A DNA stretch of 64,000 nt from NCBI GenBank assembly GCA_965223505.1, contig CBDCWP010000044.1, positions 1 to 64,000 on the forward strand, given 5' to 3'. Source of the stretch: Planctomycetota bacterium (GTDB lineage Bacteria > Planctomycetota > PLA2 > JAEUHO01). This document shows positions 43,740 through 54,060 of this stretch, piece after piece. A model generated the notes under the pieces. The model was not told where the DNA came from. It saw only the letters and a program-made list of their open reading frames with translations, and made no database searches. The position numbers and the translations under genes are program-made. The stretch's first letter is position 1; the number at the start of each line of letters is the position of its first letter.

Positions 43740-45839
43740 GTGTCGAATCCGATTCTCACGGTCTTCAAGATCGCCACGTTCGCGATCCTCGCATTCCTGG
43801 TCTGGATCACGTTCTGGCAGGGATTGCGTACGGAAGAGAACATCAAGGATCTCAAGCAGCGGGTCGCGCAGCTTCGGGAGAAGCACGACGGGGTCCAAGA
43901 CGCCGAGCGCAAGTACACCGACTCCGTCAACCAGTTGTCGGGCGAGGTGCGCGCGCTCAAGGACCTCATCGCGAGCGGCGCGGTCGGCGTGCGTCACGAG
44001 CCGCCGTCCAACGGAGGTAGCGCCCCGCCGTCGAATGGCGGCAGTGCCGCGTCGTCGCCGACGAAGCATGCGGACGGGGGACCGCCGGCCTACTTCAGCG
44101 ATCGCGCCAAGGCGCTGTGGGGCCGCTTCCCCAACTACCTCGAGCCCGATCCCAAGGACATCCAGTATCCGGATTGGAAGACGACGCCGAACCTCGATTC
44201 GAACGGCCGCATGAACTGCTGGTACGGCTCCACGCCGCCGGACATCAATCCCGTCACCGGCTCCAGCGGTCGGCTGGACAGCTACATCGAGGAGCCGTGC
44301 CTGCGCCGCCTGGCCGAGAAACACGTCGAGTTTCCGTCGAAGTTCAAGCCGGAGCTCGCCATTCGCGCCGAGCACACCCCGGACTATCTCGAGTGGGTGA
44401 TCTGGATGCGCAACGACGCGTACTGGCACACCCCGCAGCTCGACCTCGACGAGTACCCGCACTTGAAGGGGCGCCGCAAGGTCACGGCGCACGACGCCAA
44501 GCTGTTCCTCGACATGGTGCTGCACCCCAAGGTGAACTCGTCCCACAAGCGCAGCTACTACACGGGCTGTCTGGGGGCGGAGGTCGTCGACGACTTCTGC
44601 CTGATCATTCGTTGGTCCAAGCCGCAGTACCAGGGGATCGAGTACAGCCTGAACATCCGCCCGATTCCGAAGCACATTCTGGCGTTCGACGAGTCCGGCA
44701 ATCCGTACGACGAAGGTCAGCTGCCGCTCGCGATGAACGACCACTGGTTCTACCGCGCGCAGCAATACGTCGGCTGCGGCCCCTACTACGTGGCCAGCAT
44801 GGACCTGAAGGACCACATCCTCTTCCGCCGGTTCGACGACTACTTCGGCGAGAAGCCGCCGATTCGCGAGGTCTACCGCAAGATCTTCACGGAGCGCGCG
44901 ATCGACATCGTGAAGCTCGAGAAGGGCGAGCACGACTACGCAGGGGTCACGCCGGACATCTGGCACCAGAAGGTCAACGAGGGGGCGCCCGACTCGCCGT
45001 TCGTCGACGGGCGCATCCAGGCTCACTGGGGTTGGACGAACCAATACGGCTACATCGGCTGGAAGTGCACGCACCCGCTGTTCAACGACGTGCGCGTCCG
45101 CCGCGCGATGACCATGGCGTGCGACCGGTTTCGCATGAACGACACCCTGAACCTCGGCCGCGGCGTCGTCGTCACGGGGCCGCAGCACGTCAACTCGATG
45201 ATGTATCCGCCGGATCTGAAACCCCTGCCCTTCGACCTCGAAAGGGCCGCGCAGCTGCTCGCGGAAGCGGGATGGCGCGATAGCAACGACGACGGCGTGC
45301 TGGACAAGGTGATCGACGGGAACCGCCGCGACTTCGACTTCACCGCCACCATCCCGATCAATCAGCGGATCCTCGCGATGTTCGAGATCTTCAAGGAGGA
45401 TCTGATCAAGATCGGCGTGAAGCTCGACATCAAGACGATGGAGTGGAAGCAGTTCAAGCAGGAGGTGCTCGACTCGCGCAAGTTCGAGTGCACCTCGCTG
45501 CTGTGGGGGGGCGACGGCTGGGAGTCCGACCTGTCCCAGATCTTCCACGGGCGTCTGGTGAAGGAGGTTCCGTCGCACAACTTCGTCGAGTTCAGCGATC
45601 CGGTGGCCGACAAGCTCATGGACGACCTGCGGCTCGAGTTCGATCCGGACAAGCGCGTGAAGATGCAACGCGAGCTGCACACGCGCATCGCGGAGCTGCA
45701 GCCGTACACGTTCCTGTCGACGATCCAGATGCCGGCGATGTACTGGCAGGACCGGCTCGGCAACTGGGACGAGTGTAGCCGCTACCTGTCGAAGCCGTTC
45801 CGCAGGCTCTACCCGTTGGTGCGGTACCTCGCGAAGTGA
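43740..45839 (+). CDS. Peptide/nickel ABC transporter substrate-binding protein (family 5)
   Basis: VTAHD, VGCGPY, FNDVRVRRAM and FDLERAAQLLAEAGWRD motifs; N-terminal TM plus coiled coil. Confidence 0.9.
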   Translation: MSNPILTVFKIATFAILAFLVWITFWQGLRTEENIKDLKQRVAQLREKHDGVQDAERKYTDSVNQLSGEVRALKDLIASGAVGVRHEPPSNGGSAPPSNGGSAASSPTKHADGGPPAYFSDRAKALWGRFPNYLEPDPKDIQYPDWKTTPNLDSNGRMNCWYGSTPPDINPVTGSSGRLDSYIEEPCLRRLAEKHVEFPSKFKPELAIRAEHTPDYLEWVIWMRNDAYWHTPQLDLDEYPHLKGRRKVTAHDAKLFLDMVLHPKVNSSHKRSYYTGCLGAEVVDDFCLIIRWSKPQYQGIEYSLNIRPIPKHILAFDESGNPYDEGQLPLAMNDHWFYRAQQYVGCGPYYVASMDLKDHILFRRFDDYFGEKPPIREVYRKIFTERAIDIVKLEKGEHDYAGVTPDIWHQKVNEGAPDSPFVDGRIQAHWGWTNQYGYIGWKCTHPLFNDVRVRRAMTMACDRFRMNDTLNLGRGVVVTGPQHVNSMMYPPDLKPLPFDLERAAQLLAEAGWRDSNDDGVLDKVIDGNRRDFDFTATIPINQRILAMFEIFKEDLIKIGVKLDIKTMEWKQFKQEVLDSRKFECTSLLWGGDGWESDLSQIFHGRLVKEVPSHNFVEFSDPVADKLMDDLRLEFDPDKRVKMQRELHTRIAELQPYTFLSTIQMPAMYWQDRLGNWDECSRYLSKPFRRLYPLVRYLAK

Positions 45840-47305
45840 TCGACTACCTGATCAAGCGCATCTTGATCATGATCCCCACGTATCTGGGGGTCACGCTCAT
45901 GATCTGGCTCGTGATGACGCTCGCGCCGGGCGAGCCCGAGAGCACCTCGGATGCCGGCATGGGCTCGGCGGGCGGTCTCGGCAGCTTGAGCTCCCAGGAA
46001 TCGCAAGGCGAGAACGTGCGCATCTTCCGGCGCCAGTTCAACCTCGACCGTCCGCGCTTCATCAACACCTGGACCGGATTGGAGCCCGACGAGGTGCGGG
46101 AGGCGCTGGAGATCGTTCACGCCGGTGTCTCGGAGTCGAACCCGCCGGAGCGCGTCAAGAAAGCCAAGCGCAGGCTCGACGACTGGTCGCACTACGCCGT
46201 GCCGTCGCTGGTGACGCTGCTCGAGCGATTCGCCGACGACCCGCCGCTCCAGTTCCGGACGCTCGTCACGTTGCGCAACGCGGCGTATCAGTATCGCGCC
46301 GTCTATGCGGCAGGACACAAGCCGACCGCCGAGGAGAACGCGCGCGCCGACGAGATCGACGCCGAGAACAAGCTGCTCGAGTCCGACGCGCTCCGCTGGA
46401 TGCCGGACGCGGACGCGGAGACGCGGGCCGCGGGCGTTGCAGCGTGGCAACGGTGGTACGAGGAACGCAAGCACCGCTGGGACTACGACACGTGGGAGTC
46501 GATCAAGATCGGCCTCACCGACACGCAGTTCGGCAAGTACTGGGGCAACCTCTTCAAAGGTGATCTCGGTCTGAGCTCGACGACGAAAGAGCCGGTCCTG
46601 GGCATGATCACGAGCCGCCTCAAGTACTCGCTCTCGTTGGCGGTCCCGGCCTTCGTGATCGCCTGGGTGCTGGCGGTCTTTCTCGGCGTCTTCAGCGCGA
46701 CGCATCATCGCAGCGCGACCGATCAGACGATCGGCGTCGGGCTGTTCATGCTCTACAGCATTCCGACGTTCGTGGCCGCACTCGTGCTACGCCGCGTCTT
46801 CTCCGTCGAGCTGGACTGGTTCCCGACCGAGGGCTTCGAGAGCCCGAATGCGATCGAGCGATTCAACACCTGGGAGCACTTCAAGGACGTGCTCTACTCG
46901 ATCGCGCTCCCGCTCATCACGTACGTCTACGGCGGTCTCGCGTACATCTCCCGTCAAGCCCGCTCCGGCATGCTCGAGGTGCTCAAGTCGGACTTCGTCC
47001 GTACGGCGCGAGCCAAGGGGCTGCCCGAACGCACCGTGATCTGGAAGCACGGCGTGCGCAACGGGATGATGCCCATCGTCACGCTCCTGGGGACGGCCCT
47101 GCCGGTGTTGATCGCCGGCAGCGTCTTCATCGAGACGGTTTTCAACATCGACGGCTTCGGCAATCTGATGGTCACGTCGATTCGCGGCAAGGACTACAAC
47201 GTGGTCATGGGCATTCAGCTCATCGTCGCCGCCCTGACGCTGATCGGCTTGCTGCTCACCGACCTCATCTACGCCGCCATGGATCCGAGGATCTCCCTCA
47301 AGTGA
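45836..47305 (+). CDS. ABC permease, OppB/DppB-like, with large periplasmic insertion
   Basis: YLIKRIL..., GDLGLS, EAA loop DFVRTARAKGLPER, and DPRI C-terminus. Confidence 0.92.
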   Translation: MIDYLIKRILIMIPTYLGVTLMIWLVMTLAPGEPESTSDAGMGSAGGLGSLSSQESQGENVRIFRRQFNLDRPRFINTWTGLEPDEVREALEIVHAGVSESNPPERVKKAKRRLDDWSHYAVPSLVTLLERFADDPPLQFRTLVTLRNAAYQYRAVYAAGHKPTAEENARADEIDAENKLLESDALRWMPDADAETRAAGVAAWQRWYEERKHRWDYDTWESIKIGLTDTQFGKYWGNLFKGDLGLSSTTKEPVLGMITSRLKYSLSLAVPAFVIAWVLAVFLGVFSATHHRSATDQTIGVGLFMLYSIPTFVAALVLRRVFSVELDWFPTEGFESPNAIERFNTWEHFKDVLYSIALPLITYVYGGLAYISRQARSGMLEVLKSDFVRTARAKGLPERTVIWKHGVRNGMMPIVTLLGTALPVLIAGSVFIETVFNIDGFGNLMVTSIRGKDYNVVMGIQLIVAALTLIGLLLTDLIYAAMDPRISLK

Positions 47306-48795
47306 CCGAACCGAACGACAAGCGCGAGTTCGACGACCTCGTCGCCCACCTCGAGGGGGCCGCTGACGGCGATGCGGACACCGCCGCGCCGATCGACCTG
47401 CAGCCGCGTCAGACCCAGATGGACATCGTCAGGCGGCAGTTCCGCAAGAACCGCGCGGCGGTGTGGGGCATGCGCGTCACGATGACGCTCATCATCGTGG
47501 CGACGTTCGCGCCGGCGATCGCTTCGAGCCAGCCGTTCGTTTGGAAGAACGCGGCGAACGAGACCGAGTTTCCGTGGTTCACGAAGCTCTTCGACGTCAT
47601 CACGTGGCCGTACGTGCTCGACCGGGTCTTCAACCTGCTCATGCTGGTCTCGGTTCTCTACGGGATCTGCATGGCCTGCGTATGGCTCGTCGGGGTGGTG
47701 ACGAAGGCCGGCAAGGGACATACGGCAGGGGCCCGGCGCGTCCTACGACGCGGCGCGCTCGGGCTGTTCGTCGTCGGGATCATCCTCCTGATGACGGGGG
47801 TGCTGCGCACGAGCGAGAAGAAGATCGACTACCTCGAGAAGCGCAAGGCATGGCGCGAGGCCGAGCACAAGACGCGCACGCTCCCCGTTGCGATCGCGAA
47901 TACGCAAGCCGAGATCGACAAGGCGCTTGCGGCCGGCAAGAAGACGACCGACCTCGAGCTCGGGTTGGCCTACGACAGGTCGCAGCTGAAGACGTGGCAG
48001 GAAATCCTGCCGGAGGTGCGCAAGGCGTACGAAGACGAGTGGGCGATCTTCCCGCCCGTTCCGTACGGGTACGACGACAGCATTCCGCAGGACCAGCACC
48101 TGCCGATGGGGTCGTTCGACCACGGCGAGACGCACGTGTTGGGCACCGAACGCATCGGCCGCGACATCTTCTCCCGCATTCTGTACGGAACGCGGATCTC
48201 GCTCACGATCGGCATCTTCGCCGTGAGCATCTACATCACGATCGGCACGATCCTCGGGGCGCTCGCCGGCTACTTCGGCGGTCGCACGGACCTGGTGATC
48301 ATGCGCATCGTCGAGACCGTCATCTGCATCCCGGGCCTGTTCTTGATGCTCACGATCGTGGCGTTCTTCGAAAAGCGGTCGATCTGGCTGATCATGTTCG
48401 CGATCGGCGTCGTTGCGTGGACCGGCATCACTCGACTCGTGCGCGGCGAATTCATGCGCGAGCGCAACAAGGAGTACGTCGACGCGGCGCGCTCGATGGG
48501 GTACTCGACGCCGCGGATCATCTTCCGGCACGTGCTGCCGAACGCGCTGGGCCCCGTGCTCGTCGCGGCCGCGTTCGGCATCCCGGGAGCGATTCTCGCC
48601 GAGTCCGGGCTCTCGTTCCTCGGCCTGGGCGACCCGAGCGTGCCGTCCTGGGGGCGCCTGCTCTTCGACGCGCGCACGCAGGAGTACTGGGCGCTCATCG
48701 TGCCGCCGGCCGTCGCGATCTTCGTGACGGTCACCGCCCTCAATCTGGTCGGCGACGGCCTGCGCGACGCCCTGGACCCGAAGCTGCGCAACTAG
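47302..48795 (+). CDS. ABC permease, OppC/DppC-like
   Basis: LGTERIGRDIFSRILYGTRISL, EYVDAAR, HVLPN and GDGLRDALDPK motifs. Confidence 0.93.
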   Translation: MTEPNDKREFDDLVAHLEGAADGDADTAAPIDLQPRQTQMDIVRRQFRKNRAAVWGMRVTMTLIIVATFAPAIASSQPFVWKNAANETEFPWFTKLFDVITWPYVLDRVFNLLMLVSVLYGICMACVWLVGVVTKAGKGHTAGARRVLRRGALGLFVVGIILLMTGVLRTSEKKIDYLEKRKAWREAEHKTRTLPVAIANTQAEIDKALAAGKKTTDLELGLAYDRSQLKTWQEILPEVRKAYEDEWAIFPPVPYGYDDSIPQDQHLPMGSFDHGETHVLGTERIGRDIFSRILYGTRISLTIGIFAVSIYITIGTILGALAGYFGGRTDLVIMRIVETVICIPGLFLMLTIVAFFEKRSIWLIMFAIGVVAWTGITRLVRGEFMRERNKEYVDAARSMGYSTPRIIFRHVLPNALGPVLVAAAFGIPGAILAESGLSFLGLGDPSVPSWGRLLFDARTQEYWALIVPPAVAIFVTVTALNLVGDGLRDALDPKLRN

Positions 48796-48832
48796 TTCCC
48801 GTTGCAGGCCGATCTCCTGGGGGGGAGGCGCG

Positions 48833-50437
48833 GTGAGTCAGGACGAGGCCCCTACGACGGAACCCGAGGCGCGCGAACAGGTCGCGAAGCCCGCGGGGCT
48901 CGTGTCGCTCGCGACGATGTGCAGTCGCGTCACGGGGCTTCTGCGCGAGGCCGTGTTCGCCGCGTTGTTCGCGACCGGACCGCTCGCCGACGCGTTCAAC
49001 TTCGCGTTCCGCATCCCCAATCTCCTGCGCGACTTCTTCGCGGAGGGAGCGCTGTCGTCCGCCTTCGTCCCGACCTTCGCGGAGGTCAAGGCGAAGGAGG
49101 GCGAGGCGCGCGCCTTCGAGCTGGCGCGGCGCGTCTTCGGGACGCTCGGGACGGTCGCAGCGGTCATCGTGTTGCTCGGCATCCTCTTCGCACCCGCGAT
49201 CGTGTCCGTCGTCGCGGTGGATGCGCCGGCCGAGACGCGCGCGGTCACCGAGAAGCTCACGCGCATCATGTTCCCGTTCCTCGCGGTGATCGCCGTCGCC
49301 GCCGTCGCGATGGGGATCCTGAACACCTACCGCCGCTACTTCGTTCCCGCGTTGGCGCCGATGTTCTTCAACCTCGTCTCGGTCACCGGCGGCGTGGTGA
49401 TGCTCCTGGCCGGGCTCGGGGTCGACGTCGCCATCATGGTGTGGGCGGTGCTGGTCGTCGCCGGCGGGTTGATGCAGTTCCTCGTACAGGTTCCGCTGCT
49501 GCGGTCGATCGGGCTGCGCGGCGGCCCGCTCGTCGATCTGCGGTTCCGCGATCCGGCGCTGCGGCGCATCGTGCGCAAGATGGGACCGGTCGTCATCTCG
49601 CTCGCCGGCACCAACATCATGTTGGTCATCACGACGGCGCTGGCGTCGCGCGGCGAGGGCTGGGCCTCGACGCTCAACTACGCGTTCCGCCTCATTCACC
49701 TGCCCATCGGCATCGTCGGGGTGGCGGTCGGCACGATCGTGCTGACGGCCGGCGCTCGGCGCCGCGCGGCCGACGATCACGCCGGCGTGAACGACGTGGC
49801 GCGCAAGGGGCTGCGGCTCAACTGGTTCCTGGCGCTCCCGTCGGCGGTCGGGTTGTTCGTTCTCGCCGAGCCCCTGGTGCAGTTGATCTACGAGCGCGGA
49901 CGCTTCGGGGGCGCCGAGACCGAGAACGTCGCGGAGGCGCTGCGCTGGTACGCGTCGGGTGTCGTTTTCTACGCGGGGATCAAGGCGGCGGCGCCGCTGT
50001 TCATCGCTCACGGCGACACGCGCACGCCGATGTACTGCTCGTTGCTCGGCATCGGCGTGAACCTGATCGTCGCGCTCACGGCGATCGACGCGCTCGGCTT
50101 CCGCGCGCTGGCGCTCGCGGTGGCGGCCGGCACGGCCGCGAACTACCTCGCGGTGCGGTTCCTCGGCGTGCGCCGATTCGGGCCCGCGTCCGGACCGGGC
50201 TACGGCTTCCTCCTGAGGGTGGGGGTGGCCTCGGCCGTCATGGGGGGCGCCGGTTGGCTCCTGCAGGCGCACCTGCTGTCCGGTGACGAAGCGGTGGCGT
50301 CCGGATGGGCGTTGGGGGCGCTCACGCTGCTGGGCGTCGTGGTGCTGTCCGTGCTCTATTTCCTTGTGTGCGGGGCACTTAGGGTCGAAGAGGGGGCTTG
50401 GGTGCGGTCGTTCCTGCGGCGGCGGGGCAGGCCGTAG
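48833..50437 (+). CDS. murJ: Lipid II flippase MurJ (MviN)
   Basis: SRVTGLLRE, AFRIPNLLRDFFAEGALSSAFVP and YAFRLIHLP motifs. Confidence 0.96.
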   Translation: MSQDEAPTTEPEAREQVAKPAGLVSLATMCSRVTGLLREAVFAALFATGPLADAFNFAFRIPNLLRDFFAEGALSSAFVPTFAEVKAKEGEARAFELARRVFGTLGTVAAVIVLLGILFAPAIVSVVAVDAPAETRAVTEKLTRIMFPFLAVIAVAAVAMGILNTYRRYFVPALAPMFFNLVSVTGGVVMLLAGLGVDVAIMVWAVLVVAGGLMQFLVQVPLLRSIGLRGGPLVDLRFRDPALRRIVRKMGPVVISLAGTNIMLVITTALASRGEGWASTLNYAFRLIHLPIGIVGVAVGTIVLTAGARRRAADDHAGVNDVARKGLRLNWFLALPSAVGLFVLAEPLVQLIYERGRFGGAETENVAEALRWYASGVVFYAGIKAAAPLFIAHGDTRTPMYCSLLGIGVNLIVALTAIDALGFRALALAVAAGTAANYLAVRFLGVRRFGPASGPGYGFLLRVGVASAVMGGAGWLLQAHLLSGDEAVASGWALGALTLLGVVVLSVLYFLVCGALRVEEGAWVRSFLRRRGRP

Positions 50438-50486
50438 ATGGTCTGTGAACGGCTATCCTGACCCGTTCGGGGCGCCTGGGAGGGAC

Positions 50487-53468
50487 ATGAGGCCGCGGTC
50501 GTCGATCTACCTCGTGTTGGGCGCTCTGCTCGCGCTCGCACCGCTGAGCGCGCCGGCCGTCGCGGACGAGGAGCGCGCGAAGAAGAAGCGGTTGCCGCCG
50601 CCCGTCATTCGCAAGGGACCCCCCGTGCGCACCGACGGGCCGCCGGTCGCCCTGCCGCGGCAGCCCACCCCCGAGTCCCGGCCGCCGCCGACGCCGACGC
50701 CTCGAACGCCCGCGCCCCGTCCCCTGCCGCCGCCTCCTCCTCCGCCGCCGCCGCCGCCCCCGAGCGTGCCTGCGCCCAACGAACCCGCTCCGCGCACGCC
50801 GAAGGAGCCCGCTCCGCACACGCCGAAGGAGCCCGTCCCGAGTGCGCCGAAGGAGCTTGAGCCGGGCGCGTTGCGAGAGGCGCCGGACGATCCGTTGCTG
50901 CCGGGCCGGCAGCCGGTGACGCCAGGGGCGTTGCTTCGGCCGCCGCCGCGTCCCGACGCGCCGAGCCGCGCGCCGACGCGTCCCGCCGGGTCGAGCGTCG
51001 ACCGGGGCATTCCACGACGTCCTCCGAGCCGTCCGGAATCGGAGCCGATGGCGAGGCCGGGTGACTTCAGCTTCGAGACCGCCCGCGTCGGCGGGTTGAT
51101 CCACGTCGAGGAGGAGGGCGAGGGCAAGGCCGTCTTGCTGCTGACCGGGAACCCGCACATTCGCTGGATCGCGCACAACGACGCCAAAGGCGACTTCGTG
51201 CCCGAGCTGTCGATCAAGGCCAACACGATCGTGGCGTGGGTGAAGCGGGGCGGCTTTCGCGAGCTCGAAGCGTTCGGCGGCGTCAGCGCGTCCCTGACGC
51301 GCAGCGGCGCCGACGGACGCGCCGGCGCGGCGCCATCGGAGCCTGCGACGCCCGAGACCGGCTCCGAAATTCCGGACTTCATCGAGGGCGTCTACGCGGA
51401 GGGCGCGGTCAAGGTCACGTTCGGCGATCAGACGTTTCAATCGGACGTTCTCTACTTCGATCCGCAGAACTTCGTCGCGTTGCTCGTCGCGCCCCAGGTC
51501 GACACGAAGATCGACACGACGAAGGGCCGGCTGCCCTTGCACGTTCGCGCGCGCCGAGCGCGCGTCATCGGACGCGGCCTCACGGTGTTCGACGACGCGA
51601 CGGTCTCGACGAGCCGTGCCGGCGACCGGATCGAGCTGCGCGTCGAGGAGCTGACCGTCGAGGAGTTCGCGACCGGCGTACGGCCCGACGGTTCCTACCG
51701 GCCGCACTTCCTCGGCTACCAGGTCGACACCACCCAGCGCTTTCGCGGGCGCAGGATCTCGGCCGTGGGCGAACGCATTCCGCTCTTCTACTGGCCCGAG
51801 CTCGAGTTCGGCATCGGCAAGGAGGAGTTCCCGTCGGGGCTGCGCGGCCTGACCACCGGCAGCCGCAGCAACCTGGGGCGCTACGGATTCGTCGAGTTCG
51901 GCGGGGCGATTCGTCCGTTCCCGAACGAGCCGCCGATCGAGTGGATGGCGGAGGTGGGCGGGTACTCGAAGCGCGGGTTCGCCGGCGGCGGCGGCCTGCG
52001 CTGGAACCGCCTGGACGCGCCGCGCGGCATTCGTACGACGGGGCGGGTCTCGTCGCGCCTGATGTACGACAACCGCTCGTTCGATCGCAACGGCAGCACG
52101 GACTTCGACGAGTGGCGCGGGCGCATGGTCTCCGAGAGCCGCACCTACCTGACGGAAGACCTCATCCTCGATGCCGAGGTCAACGTGTTCTCGGACCGCG
52201 GCTACGACATCGAGTTCTTCGAACGCGAAGCGCTCGAACACAAGGACCGCGAGTCGTACGGTCGCTTGCGATGGGCGCCGTCCGCGATCGGGAACACCGT
52301 CGGCACGCTGACGGGCAAGTGGCATCAGCGCAACTGGTTCACGGAGACGACCCAGGAGCCCGTGGCCGGTCTGTGGGTCGCTTCGGCGCCGCTGCTGGCT
52401 CCGTCGACGCCGGGCGGGCTCGGGGTCGACGTGACGACGGTCTCCGACGTCGGGCGTCGCAGCCGCAAGTTCGACGAGGCGCTGCCGGACCCGGACTACG
52501 CCGCATGGCGGTCCAGCACCGACACGCGCGTCAACATGGCATTCGACCTGGGCGACGTGCGGCTGTCCGGATACGGGGGCGTCGCGGCCGATCGTTACGA
52601 CCAGCGCACGGACGGCGGTCGGGACCTTACGCGCACGGCCCTGTTGGCCGGCGCGCGTGCGAACCTGCAGCTTCACCGGGTGTACTTCGTGCAGGGCACC
52701 CGGTTCGGTCTCGACGGTCTGCGGCACGTCGTCGACCTGGACTGCGAGTACTACGGCCGGTTCTTCGACTCGAACGATCCGGCGGACGTGCCGTTCTTCG
52801 ACATGCGTGACATGCAGGAGGAGCGCAGCGAGCTCATCTTCCGCGTGCGCAATCGTCTGCAGACGCGCAGGCGGCCCCAGGCGCCCATCGGGTTCGACGA
52901 CTGGCACGGACCGCATGTCGCGCAGAGCGGTCCCCTGCGGACCGTCCTCGACTTCGACGTCGCGGTGCACACCTACGTGGACGGTGTCGGGCCGTACAAC
53001 CGGCGCTCCGACGGTCTCGTGGAGCTCGCGATGTGGGGCGAGCCGAGCGAGGGGTTGCGCGTCGCCGGCGAGATGGACATCGACTTCGCGCAAGGCATCC
53101 AGACCGGCTTGTTGGGCGCGGGGTTCGAAGGCCCGTCCCGGTTCGGGCTCTTCTCCGTGGGTGGGGCGTTTCGCTTTGCCCGGTCCCAGAGCCTGGCCCT
53201 GTCCGGGGACGTCGCGCTGCGCGTGAGCCCGCGGTACGGCTTCCACTGGCGCCAGATCCACGACTTCGACGACGGCGTCAACGTGTTCCAGATCCTGGCG
53301 CGGCGCTACAGCCAGGACCACGTGATCGAGTTCGGCGTCGGTTGGCGCGACTCGGACTTGGAGCTCGAGCTGCGCTTCGAGCCGGCCATCGGCGGCGTGT
53401 CGACCGAGCGCGGCTCGCTCTCGTTCCGCGACGTGCCCAGCCTGGATCCCCACAACTCGATTCGGTGA
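50487..53468 (+). CDS. lptD: LptD-like outer-membrane protein with Pro-rich N-terminus
   Basis: Signal peptide; jellyroll-like region (VYAEGAV, IPLFYWP) then a long beta-barrel (SDRGYDIEFFE, GLRHVV, RNRLQTRR). Lies next to murJ. Confidence 0.7.
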   Translation: MRPRSSIYLVLGALLALAPLSAPAVADEERAKKKRLPPPVIRKGPPVRTDGPPVALPRQPTPESRPPPTPTPRTPAPRPLPPPPPPPPPPPPSVPAPNEPAPRTPKEPAPHTPKEPVPSAPKELEPGALREAPDDPLLPGRQPVTPGALLRPPPRPDAPSRAPTRPAGSSVDRGIPRRPPSRPESEPMARPGDFSFETARVGGLIHVEEEGEGKAVLLLTGNPHIRWIAHNDAKGDFVPELSIKANTIVAWVKRGGFRELEAFGGVSASLTRSGADGRAGAAPSEPATPETGSEIPDFIEGVYAEGAVKVTFGDQTFQSDVLYFDPQNFVALLVAPQVDTKIDTTKGRLPLHVRARRARVIGRGLTVFDDATVSTSRAGDRIELRVEELTVEEFATGVRPDGSYRPHFLGYQVDTTQRFRGRRISAVGERIPLFYWPELEFGIGKEEFPSGLRGLTTGSRSNLGRYGFVEFGGAIRPFPNEPPIEWMAEVGGYSKRGFAGGGGLRWNRLDAPRGIRTTGRVSSRLMYDNRSFDRNGSTDFDEWRGRMVSESRTYLTEDLILDAEVNVFSDRGYDIEFFEREALEHKDRESYGRLRWAPSAIGNTVGTLTGKWHQRNWFTETTQEPVAGLWVASAPLLAPSTPGGLGVDVTTVSDVGRRSRKFDEALPDPDYAAWRSSTDTRVNMAFDLGDVRLSGYGGVAADRYDQRTDGGRDLTRTALLAGARANLQLHRVYFVQGTRFGLDGLRHVVDLDCEYYGRFFDSNDPADVPFFDMRDMQEERSELIFRVRNRLQTRRRPQAPIGFDDWHGPHVAQSGPLRTVLDFDVAVHTYVDGVGPYNRRSDGLVELAMWGEPSEGLRVAGEMDIDFAQGIQTGLLGAGFEGPSRFGLFSVGGAFRFARSQSLALSGDVALRVSPRYGFHWRQIHDFDDGVNVFQILARRYSQDHVIEFGVGWRDSDLELELRFEPAIGGVSTERGSLSFRDVPSLDPHNSIR

Positions 53469-53496
53469 ATCGGCGCTCGTGCCCCATACTGGTCGC

Positions 53497-53982
53497 GTGA
53501 GCAGCCCGTCCGCGATCTTCGCCGGCACCTTCGACCCCGTGACCAACGGCCACGTGGACGTCGTCGAGCGCGCGGCGGCGGTGTTCGGGCAGGTGATCGT
53601 GTCCGTGTCGCGCGGCGGCCGGTCCACCGTGTTCGACGTGGACGAGCGGGTCGCGTTGTTCGAGCGCGCGGTCGAGGGCCTCGAGAACGTGACGATCGAG
53701 CCGTTCGAGGGGCTGGTGATCGGGCAGGCCCGCAAGCACGACGCCCGGGTGCTGCTGCGCGGCATTCGTGAGGTGGGGGACTGGGACTACGAGATGCAGA
53801 TGGCGTTCGCGAACCGCGACATGGCGCCGGAGGTCGAGACGGTCTTCCTGGCGCCGTCGTCGGGCCTGGCGCGCATCTCCGCATCGCTGGTGCGGGAGGT
53901 GGCGTCGCTGGGCGGGGACGTGTCCGCGTGGGTGCCGGCGCACGTCAACGAGGCGCTGCGGGCGAAGTTCCCGCCGTCGTAG
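53497..53982 (+). CDS. coaD: Phosphopantetheine adenylyltransferase
   Basis: AIFAGTFDPVTNGHVD, RGIR..DWDYEMQMA, ETVFL and ISASLVREVA motifs. Confidence 0.97.
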   Translation: MSSPSAIFAGTFDPVTNGHVDVVERAAAVFGQVIVSVSRGGRSTVFDVDERVALFERAVEGLENVTIEPFEGLVIGQARKHDARVLLRGIREVGDWDYEMQMAFANRDMAPEVETVFLAPSSGLARISASLVREVASLGGDVSAWVPAHVNEALRAKFPPS

Positions 53983-54060
53983 GGGCGCCAAACGCCGGAA
54001 TCGGGCAGCGGGAGGCGGGCGCGCTGGTTAGGATTCCCCACCCGCCGACGGAGGGCGACG

